From: Desulfatiglandaceae bacterium
GTDB taxonomy: Bacteria > Desulfobacterota > DSM-4660 > Desulfatiglandales > Desulfatiglandaceae
DNA length: 32,000 bases
Assembly: GCA_041753575.1 (NCBI GenBank)
Contig: JBGSUA010000033.1
Span: 58,091 to 90,090 of the forward strand
Direction: 5' to 3'
A program made the translations under genes and the position numbers. Below the pieces are notes generated by a model, which was given only the letters and a program-made list of their open reading frames with translations, had not been told where the DNA came from and searched no databases. Shown here in pieces: positions 24,345-32,000 of the stretch. The stretch's first letter is position 1. Every line of letters begins with the position of its first letter.

Positions 24345-27300
24345 TCAAATGCCCTGGTGCAGCGCTGCGTGCACCATGGTGAGGACCTCTTGGTCGTCAA
24401 AGTGAAATATGCTGGCCGCCCCGGTGGGGCAAGCCACCGCGCAGGAGCCGCATCCCTTGCAGAGGGCCTCCTGAACAAAGGCCACAGTTCTTCCTCCCTC
24501 CCTTTCAACAAGGGAGACGGCATTATAGGGGCATACTTCAACGCACTTGCCGCAGCCCCTGCACATGCTCTCAGTCACATGAGAGACAACCCCTTCAACT
24601 GTAAGCTCCTTCTTCGATAGCACAACCGAGGCCCTTGATGCGGCTGCCTTTGCCTGGGCTATACTTTCCTCAATGGGCTTGGGATAATGTGCCATCCCGG
24701 CCAGAAAAATTCCATCAGTTGCGAATTCCACAGGTCGCAGTTTTGCGTGTGCTTCCATGAAGAAACCGTCCTGATTAAGCGGAAGCTTGAATATCTGTGC
24801 GAGGGCACTGTTATCCGCTGGGATAATGGCTGATGCAAGCGCCACAAGATCTGCGCGGAGCCTGATTTTTCGATCTAAAATATGATCTTTCACAGTTACC
24901 CAAAGCTCGGATCCATCTTTTTGAACCTCAGGCTTATCGTTGAGGGTATATCTTATGAATATAACTCCCTTGGCTCTGGCATCTCTATAAAGGGCTTCTC
25001 TTTGCCCATAGGTTCTTATGTCTCTATAAAGGACATAAATATCCATTTCCGGATTAAGTTCTTTGAGTTCCAGCGCGGACTTGATGCTGTGGGTACAGCA
25101 GACTTTTGAGCAGTAAGGTCTGGAAGGCTCCCTTGACCCCACACACTGTATGAAGACGGCGGCTTTGGCCTCCGATATACGGATGTCCTTGCCTGTGATC
25201 GCCCTGTCAAGCTCAAGATGGGTCATAACCCTCGAGTCTTCTCCGTATAGATACTCTTTGGGCTTGCATTCCTCGGCGCCGACCGCCATCACGACCGCTC
25301 CGTGGCGGATCTGGGTATCTTTTTCTCCCTGCCCTATGGCGGTCTCGAAGTTGCCTACAAAACCACTGCTTTGCCTGATCACAGCATCTGTGTAGAGATC
25401 AATTAATGGGTGACTTTTAACCCTCTCGATCATCTCAGACAAAGATCTGCCTATTTCTTCCCCTCTCCACGTTGAAACAAGGTTCCTTGCGTTGCCTCCC
25501 AGTTCACTTGCCTTCTCTACCAGGGTAGTCCTGTAGCCCTGATCAGCAAGAGAAAGAGCTGATGTCATTCCGGCTATTCCTCCGCCGATGACGAGAGCCC
25601 TGTCGTCTACTCCAATGGTAGGCTGTGGAAGGGGGGTTATGAGCCTAGCCCTGGCCACTGACATTCTAACAAGATCCATAGCTTTCTGGGTTGCTTGCTC
25701 TTTCTCCCTGCTGTGGACCCAGGAGCACTGGTTGCGTATATTTGCCATCTCAAAAAGGTACTTATTGAGGCCTGCATCTCTCAATGTTTCTTGAAAAAGC
25801 GGCTCGTGAGTCCTTGGAGTACATGCCGCCACCACAACCCGATTCAGTTTCTCCCTCTGGATTACCTCCTTCAACTTGTCCTGAGTGTCCTGGGAACAGG
25901 TGAAGAGATTTTCCTCCACATAGGCTACACTTGGCAGGGATCGAGCGTATTTTACAACCTCAGGCACATTGACTATGCCACCAATGTTAGTTCCGCAATT
26001 GCAGACAAAAACACCGATTCTCGGTTTTTCATCTGAGACATCCCGTTCCGGGGGATAGATTCTTTCCTTTACAAGGCTGCCCCGAGCGGAGGAAAGTTTG
26101 GCCTTAACGTCACACGCCGCTGCGCTTGCCTCCATTACAGAATATGGTATATCCTTTGGTTCCTGAAATGCGCCGCATACATAAACACCTGGTCTGGATG
26201 TTGCCACTGGTGAGAAGCTTCCGGTGTCAACAAAACCGTCTTTGTCGAGTGAGATCTCAAGTCTTTCTGCCAGTGCCTTAAGAGACGCGGGGGTCTCGAG
26301 CCCGACAGAGAGAACAACAAGGTCAAAGATCTCTTCCCTGGGTGTTCCGTCCTCATCAGCATACCTTATGATCAGGTCGTTCGTTTCGCCAACCTCTTCT
26401 ATGGAATGGATCCTCGATCGGATATATCGAACTCCCATCTCTTCCCTGGCACGGTTGTAATAACCTTCGAAGTCCTTCCCGTAAGTTCGCATATCCATGA
26501 AAAAGATGGCAGTATCAAGGTCTCCGCCGGCATGCTCCTTGGCAATTACGGCCTCCTTGGTTGCATACATGCAACACACAGAGGAACAGTAGGAATGATC
26601 GCACTGGTTGATGTCTCGGGAACCAACGCATTGGAGCCAGGCAATCTTATGAGGGTGTTGTCCGTCAGAGGGCCGCTTGAGCTGCCCCTGATAAGGGCCT
26701 GTTGAACTCAGGATCCTCTCAAACTCCATGCTGGTCACAACGTTGGGAAATCCGGCGTAGCGATAGGTCTCGTAGCGGCTGGGATCAAAAGGCTCAAAAC
26801 CCGGTGCGAGAATCACGGACCCAGCCTTTATTTTCAGGAGATCACTCACCTGTGCATGGGTTTCGAGTGTGACAGCCTGTGCTTTGCATGCAGTGACGCA
26901 TTGATAACATTCGCAGCATCCTCCGCAGTTGAGACAGCGATTGGCCTCTTCAGAAGCGTCTTTTTCGCTGGCGCAGAGGTTTACCTCCTGAAAACCGGAA
27001 AGCCTTTGTTCCGGGGGCATGGTAGGCGCATGCATTCTATGCCTTATGGGTTCCTCCTTGGAAATTGAAAGCCAATGGTCTCCCATGGGGGGGCCTTCTT
27101 CCCATTCTGTTGGAAGGACTTCACCTTGCAGATATTTGGAGATATAAGTTGCAGCTCGCTTTCCGGCCTCCACCGCTTCAATTACCGTAGCGGGGCCTGT
27201 AATGAGATCTCCGCCTGCGAAGATTCCTGGCTGGTTGGTCTGAAGTGTTTCTGGGTTTACTACCAGTGTGTTCCATCTCGATATCTCAAACCTGGAATCC

Positions 27301-28808
27301 TTCCCCAAATTTCCGAGGTCTGGTTCCTGACCAACAGCAGGTATGATATGCTCCGCCTCGATAAAGAATTCCGATCCTTCTATAGGAATCGGCTTTCTTC
27401 TCCCGGTGGAATCGAGTTCTGAGAGTTTTGTCCTTATGCATTCTATTCCTGAAACGTTGTTCCCATTACTGGCGATCTTGAGAGGAGCCACCAATAAATG
27501 AATCTTGATTCCCTCAATTTCGGCCTCCTGGATTTCTTCTGGTTCAGCAAGCATCTCTGCCTTTGACCGTCTGTAAATGATATGGGCCTCGCTAGCTCCA
27601 AGCCTTAGTGCGACCCTGGCGGCATCCAGGGCTGAATGTCCCCCTCCGATTACCACCACCCGGCCTTTTAAGGAAGATAGTTTTCCAAGGTGTACTTCTC
27701 TCAGAAAGGTTATTACATCTACAACTCCCAGGGCCTCCTCTCCTGCTATTCGCATCTTGAGTCCCTTCCAGGCCCCAATTGCAAGAAATATCGCGTTGGC
27801 GCCGTGTGCCTGTAAGTCTTCCAAAGTGATGTCTTTGCCTAGTGAAACATTTGTTTGAATGGCTATGCCGAAGCGGGAAAGGTTATTTATCTCTGCATCC
27901 AGGACACTTCTTGGGAGGCGATGCTCAGGAATTCCGTAACGCATCATTCCTCCAGCCTCCGGCATTGCCTCGTAAACGGTAACCCGGTAACCATCGAGAG
28001 CAAGAAAATAGGCTGCAGTAAGACCTGCAGGGCCTGATCCTATTACAGCAACATGCGCTTTTCTGGGTGTTATATTTGGAACTGGGAGATCGCTGAGGTT
28101 TACGTGGTCGGCTGCTACACGTTTTAACTCCTTTATGGATATAGGCTCATCAACCTCGAGCCTGCGACAGCTCTTTTCGCAGCGATGAGGACATACCCTT
28201 CCCAGAACCCCTGGGAAAGGGAGATCCTTCATTATGATCTCAATGGCTTCTCGGTACTTCCCCGCCTTCACCATCTGGACATACCCCTGCACGTTTAAGT
28301 GGGCCGGGCATGCCATCCGGCAGGGGGCCTTGTCCAGTTTCTCTATGGCAAAACCTCCGGGTATGGCCTGGGCATAGGGTTTAAAGATAGCCTTCCTTTT
28401 AGCAAGGCCCTCGTCATATTCGCTGGGCCTCACAACGGGGCAGGCCTGAGCGCAATCCCCGCACGCCGTGCAGCGGGCAGGATCAATATATCTGGGGGTT
28501 CTTCTGACAGCGACCTCGAGGTTGCCTTCTTCTCCTTCAATGCTTTCTATGTTAGAACAGGTAAGAAGCTCGATGTTGGTGTGCCGGCCGACCTCGACCA
28601 GCTTGGGCGAGATAATTCACATGGCGCAGTCGTTAGTTGGAAAGGTCTTGTCAAGCTGTGCCATCACGCCGCCTATGGCCGGCGACTTCTCAACGAGATA
28701 AACGTAATAACCGGCGTCGGCGAGATCCAGGGCCGACTGCATGCCGGCGATTCCTCCTCCTACCACTACAACAGACCCTTCTATATGCTGGGTTTTTTTT
28801 GCTTCCAT
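24345..28808 (-). CDS. hdrL: Giant HdrL-like selenoprotein: HdrA FAD domain interrupted by a GltD/NfnB-type NAD(P)H module, followed by a second complete HdrA unit
   Basis: ATG at 28808 with an AAGGAG SD. Reads [78 protein letters not shown]..., in frame with ORF 24345..28433 (125 codons upstream of that ORF's first residue). Total 1487 codons. GltD motifs [29 protein letters not shown] and [15 protein letters not shown]. Second HdrA unit: [15 protein letters not shown]...[18 protein letters not shown]...[24 protein letters not shown]. Confidence 0.85.
28617..28619 (-). other. In-frame UGA read as selenocysteine (HdrA motif DCxx[C/U]I)
   Basis: This is the stop codon of ORF-track entry 28617..28808. 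The reading frame continues uninterrupted into ORF 24345..28433. Confidence 0.8.
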
Positions 28809-28874
28809 CTATCCGCTCCTTGCGGGAAATCCCAAGATTCAGCTAAATGTTATGAAGGCAATGCCTAATAAAAT

Positions 28875-28920
28875 AGACAGCTCGAATCGGCTTATACTGA
28901 AAAGCTGTCTTTATTGTCAA
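28875..28920 (-). promoter_or_regulatory. Candidate sigma70-type promoter with an overlapping 8-bp inverted repeat, upstream of the hdrL-like gene
   Basis: Minus strand: TTGACA (28920-28915), an 18-nt spacer, then TATAAG (28896-28891), about 80 nt upstream of the ATG at 28808. The inverted repeat agacagct (28875-28882) / agctgtct (28903-28910) brackets the -10 element. Confidence 0.4.
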
Positions 28921-29115
28921 GCCCTAAAAGACCCGTGATCAACTTTTTCTATTGCCTATCCATCTAATATAGTTTGCAATCCTCGAACAGGCCATCCAGT
29001 GTGTAATGCCTCCGATTCGCGGGCTTTTTGGAAACGATCCCAAAGTTGGCATATTTCCCAGAAATGCGTATAGTTATGGGAAAGACTATTATATGAAAAT
29101 GTGAAACTACTCAGA

Positions 29116-29176
29116 TAGATAGACTGTAGCCTTTTAGGCTGTAAGGTTGGAGGATTATGCCACACACAATGACTAA
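29116..29176 (-). repeat. 61-nt dispersed intergenic element, copy 2
   Basis: The reverse complement ttagtcattgtgtgtggcat...taaaaggctacagtctatcta matches 11473-11533 at 46/61 positions with no gaps. It lies about 310 nt upstream of the hdrL-like start and about 170 nt upstream of the divergent gene at 29349. Confidence 0.65.
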
Positions 29177-29348
29177 TAGTCTGGCAGCAGCTAACCATCT
29201 AAATAGTTATGAAAATGTTTTCAGCTTAGCGATCATTTTTATTCTTTATTGCGCCCGCCGAGGGCATGGTTCTTAGAAGGCAAATCTGTATAGGGACAGG
29301 TTCGATGTTTCCGATAGTGATAAATGAGACGCGGCAAGGAGGTAATTA

Positions 29349-30107
29349 ATGCTGCGGTATGACCTTGATAATGATTTAGGGGAAGACTCAAAGGCTGTAA
29401 GGGAAGGCAAGGGCGGATCAAGGGCTTTCAAGAAGGTGGTAGCCGAGATTCTTAAATTCGGTGATCTTGAGAGGATATTTGATGAGCTTTCCCATATCCC
29501 CTATGCCAGGATGATTGGCCCTCTTTTTTCCTCTCTCCTCGCGACCGATCCAAAGGTCAAATGGAGGGCGGTTTCGGCGCTGGGATTTGTGGTTTCCCGC
29601 ATGGCGGAAGAGGAGATGGAATCCGCCAGGGTAATCATGAGGCGGCTTATGTGGCAGTTAAACGACGAATCAGGGGGCATAGGCTGGGGATGCCCGGAGA
29701 CGATGGGAGAGATTATGGCGCGCAGCGAAGCACTGGCCGGAGAGTACGCCCACGTGCTGAGATCCTACGCAGTCGAAGAGGGGAACTTCATAGAGTATGA
29801 ACCACTTCAGGAGGGAGTTCTTTGGGCGCTTGGGAGGCTCGCTCGAATAAGACCAGCCATGGTAATGCCCGCAGGAGGCGATATATTCAAGTTTTTGAAG
29901 TCAGGGGTTACCTCTGTCAGAGGACTCGCGCTCTGGACATTAAATTTTCTTGATGAGGATCTTTCCGGAGACCGGCTTGAAATCGTTAAGAGATTGTGCA
30001 GCGAAGAAGGAAAACTTATAATTTTTGTGGACGGGAACCTCATGGAGTTCACGGTGGAGGAAATGGCAGGAAGACTGCTGAAGCGCGCCGGGGCGGCTTG
30101 CCATTGA
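29349..30107 (+). CDS. Hypothetical alpha-helical repeat (HEAT/PBS-like) protein
   Basis: 252 aa. Strong SD (AAGGAGG, 7 nt upstream). Repeated VxWRAVSALG / VLWALGRL / GLALWTL helices resemble HEAT-PBS repeats, plus a central NDESGGIGWGCPETMGEI motif. No function can be assigned by eye. Confidence 0.6.
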   Translation: MLRYDLDNDLGEDSKAVREGKGGSRAFKKVVAEILKFGDLERIFDELSHIPYARMIGPLFSSLLATDPKVKWRAVSALGFVVSRMAEEEMESARVIMRRLMWQLNDESGGIGWGCPETMGEIMARSEALAGEYAHVLRSYAVEEGNFIEYEPLQEGVLWALGRLARIRPAMVMPAGGDIFKFLKSGVTSVRGLALWTLNFLDEDLSGDRLEIVKRLCSEEGKLIIFVDGNLMEFTVEEMAGRLLKRAGAACH

Positions 30108-30185
30108 CAGAGGCGCGTAACAGTGCTTAACTTTTGGAAAGTTTTGACGTAAGGATAGGATAAAGATTAGGAAAGAGGTAATTCT

Positions 30186-30917
30186 ATGAGAAGATTGATG
30201 TTACTCGTTCTTATCGGGTTGCTCGCTGTTGCTATGATTGCCTGCGGGGCTGTATATAAAGCAAAACCGCTTCCGTTTAAGACCCCTTCCAACTATCCCA
30301 ATGCCACTGAGATTGCCGGCGGGACCATCGCTGCCAAGGCCTTTGCTGATCCGGTGGAGGCTAAGGAGATATTCGGATTCAATATCCGGGAGGCCGGTAT
30401 GCTGCCGGTTCAGGTGGTATTTGACAACAAGGGAGACAGGAGCCTTGAGATAAACGGCGGCCAGACCTTTCTTGAAGATAGAGAGGGTAATCTCTGGCCG
30501 ATCCTCCCAAGCGAAATGGCCTATGAGAGGGCATCTAAGTATGCCCAGACAGGAGAAGTATTCAAGGAGGGGGTGTATCAGGGATTTCTAGGCGCCGCGG
30601 CAGGCGCTGTAATAGGAGCCGCTATAGGCATTGTGACCGGCACTAACGTCGCCTCCGCTCTGGGAAAGGGCGCTGCGGTAGGGGCCGCCGCCGGGGCAAC
30701 CGTGGGAGGCGTCAAGGGCTATGCCTCGGACGATCCGGGCAGAAAGGTAATGCAGGATTTGAGACAAAAGTCTCTTCAGAGCAAGCCCATTCCGCCCAGA
30801 AGCCTTGCTTACGGTCTTATATTTTTCCCCGGAGAGGCGAAATCGGCCAAGAATCTGAGGCTAAAGCTGGTTGACAAAGAAGGAGCAGCGGAGCATGTGG
30901 TCAACCTTGGGCTATAA
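30186..30917 (+). CDS. Lipoprotein with an internal glycine-zipper segment
   Basis: 243 aa. Signal peptide MRRLMLLVLIGLLAVAMIAC with a lipobox-like M-I-A-C. Gly/Ala zipper GFLGAAAGAVIGAAIGIVTGTNVASALGKGAAVGAAAGATVGGVKG. SD AAGAGG. Confidence 0.7.
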   Translation: MRRLMLLVLIGLLAVAMIACGAVYKAKPLPFKTPSNYPNATEIAGGTIAAKAFADPVEAKEIFGFNIREAGMLPVQVVFDNKGDRSLEINGGQTFLEDREGNLWPILPSEMAYERASKYAQTGEVFKEGVYQGFLGAAAGAVIGAAIGIVTGTNVASALGKGAAVGAAAGATVGGVKGYASDDPGRKVMQDLRQKSLQSKPIPPRSLAYGLIFFPGEAKSAKNLRLKLVDKEGAAEHVVNLGL

Positions 30918-30976
30918 TGCTCAAAGCGACCCCGTCAACAGGAATTATGGCATCAAAATAGAAAAAGGAGGAATAA

Positions 30977-32000
30977 ATGAAACCTGTAGAGATCGCAAAG
31001 GGCATCTATTGCCTTCCTGCAATTGACTGGAATATCAGAGACTTTCATGGCTATTCAGTTTATAAGGGGAGCACGTATAATGCCTACATGATACTCGATG
31101 AGAAGGTAACCTTGATTGACGCGGTGAAAAAGGAATTTGCGGATGACCTTATCAAAGGTATTTCCCAGATCATAGACCCGAAGAGGGTAGACTACGTGAT
31201 AAGCAACCATACGGAGATGGATCATTCGGGGGGGCTTTCCAGGGTGATGCACCGAATAGGAGAGGATAAGCCCCTTTATTGCTCCAAGATGGGGCATAAG
31301 AATCTATCCAAGCACTTCCAGCAGAAGTTCAACTATCATCCTGTTGAGAACGGAGGAGAGCTCAACATCGGCAAGAGGACATTGAGTTTCATGGAGACTC
31401 GCATGTTGCACTGGCCGGACAGTATGTTCACCTATGCCAAAGAAGATCGCATCCTTTTTGCAAGCGACGCCTTCGGCCAGCATTACGCCTCCCTTGAGAG
31501 GTTCGATGATGAGGTGGGAGATGAGATCATGCCTCACGCAAGGAAATATTTTGCCAATATCCTTCTTCCATACGCGCCGCTGATCCTAAAGCTGGTTGCG
31601 AAGGTGAAGGAGATAGGGCTCGCGCTGGATATGCTCTGTCCTGACCATGGAATTATATGGCGCAAGGATCCTTCAAAGATCATCAATGCATATGTTGAGT
31701 GGAGCGAGCAGAAACCCAAGAGAAAGGCCCTTGTCATCTATGACACCATGTGGCACAGCACTGAGGCAATGGCCGAGGCCATTGTGGAATCTCTCGGGGA
31801 AGAGGGGGTGGATGCGAAGCCGTTAAAATTGAGGGCTAGCCACAGGAGCGATATCATAACAGAGGTCCTGGATGCCGGGGCGATAATCATAGGTTCCCCG
31901 ACTTTAAACAATGGGCTTTTCCCCACAGTGAGCGATTTTCTGACCTATATGAAAGGTCTCAAACCGCAAAACAAGGTGGCCGCGGCATTCGGCTCCTACG
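30977..32000 (+). CDS. Flavodiiron protein (FprA / rubredoxin:oxygen oxidoreductase type), C-terminus beyond the window
   Basis: Absent from the ORF track because it is open-ended. ATG at 30977 after AAAGGAGGA. I translated it by hand without stops to position 32000. Metallo-beta-lactamase di-iron motif NHTEMDHSGG, LHWPDSMF, then the flavodoxin domain ALVIYDTMWHSTEAMA...IIIGSPTLNNG. Confidence 0.85.
   Translation, partial: MKPVEIAKGIYCLPAIDWNIRDFHGYSVYKGSTYNAYMILDEKVTLIDAVKKEFADDLIKGISQIIDPKRVDYVISNHTEMDHSGGLSRVMHRIGEDKPLYCSKMGHKNLSKHFQQKFNYHPVENGGELNIGKRTLSFMETRMLHWPDSMFTYAKEDRILFASDAFGQHYASLERFDDEVGDEIMPHARKYFANILLPYAPLILKLVAKVKEIGLALDMLCPDHGIIWRKDPSKIINAYVEWSEQKPKRKALVIYDTMWHSTEAMAEAIVESLGEEGVDAKPLKLRASHRSDIITEVLDAGAIIIGSPTLNNGLFPTVSDFLTYMKGLKPQNKVAAAFGSY

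Noticed and set aside
18555-28808. Reading the four TGA-interrupted genes as pseudogenes or as separate small ORFs (28617..28808, 24107..24328 and so on).
   Set aside because: Four independent lesions each landing exactly on a conserved Cys column, with the frame and motifs intact on both sides, is far better explained by Sec recoding. These are also families with known Sec members. This still needs confirmation by SECIS and sel-gene analysis.
28956-29421. Small minus-strand ORFs 28956..29198 (80 aa) and 29239..29421 (60 aa) in the hdrL upstream region.
   Set aside because: They have no SD and odd Cys/His/Trp/Ser-rich composition. The first is largely made of the 61-nt repeat copy, and the second overlaps the SD and start of the gene at 29349. 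I treat the region as regulatory non-coding DNA.
30120-30150. AT-rich hairpin aacttt-tgg-aaagtt after the HEAT-like gene as a terminator.
   Set aside because: It is a 6-bp all-A/T stem with a 3-nt loop and no U-tract, which is too weak to call. The next gene follows within 80 nt and is probably co-transcribed.
31055-31926. Minus-strand ORFs 31055..31297, 31304..31537, 31534..31737 and 31738..31926.
   Set aside because: They are antisense to the open-ended flavodiiron gene. That gene translates cleanly from 30977 to the window edge and carries unmistakable motifs.

Overview
All family assignments below come from reading motifs by eye. No BLAST, HMM or RNA-folding was run, and taxonomy cannot be fixed from this window. 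The gene content resembles strictly anaerobic, syntrophic or sulfate-reducing aromatic degraders.

The window is almost fully coding and has four blocks.

(1) 13531->750, minus strand: a tightly packed 10-gene phenol-type peripheral pathway. It holds a phenylphosphate-synthase-like pair (His-carrier subunit and ATP-grasp subunit), one UbiD-family (de)carboxylase, a receiver-only response regulator, an aryl-CoA ligase, a UPF0261 (Tm-1-like) protein and UbiX. It ends with a three-subunit xanthine-dehydrogenase-family enzyme (FAD, 2Fe-2S and Mo subunits) that is 4-hydroxybenzoyl-CoA-reductase-like.

(2) 13872-14876, plus strand: a LysR-type regulator, divergent from block 1 and converging on block 3.

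(3) 28808->14809, minus strand: a 9-gene Hdr/Mvh-like flavin and FeS electron-transfer train.
- Genes, in order: a 1487-aa HdrL-like fusion, MvhD, an HdrD/BamD-like CCG protein, an HdrA split into two genes, a second longer MvhD, a split and degenerate HdrA-GltD paralogue, and a second UPF0261.
- Four of these genes carry an in-frame TGA exactly on a conserved Cys column. I read these as selenocysteine, so the supplied ORF track fragments all four genes.

(4) 29349->32000, plus strand: a HEAT-like protein, a glycine-zipper lipoprotein and a flavodiiron protein cut by the window edge. A truncated DedA gene sits at the left edge.

Non-coding signals:
- A 460-nt hairpin-dense spacer lies inside the pps pair.
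- A 61-nt element in that spacer recurs (46/61 identical, opposite strand) upstream of the hdrL-like gene.
- Several palindromes sit at likely control regions.

I saw no tRNA, rRNA, CRISPR array, transposase or defence-type genes. The most unusual content is the Sec-rich, duplicated and reshuffled HdrA/MvhD/GltD locus next to the aromatic pathway.
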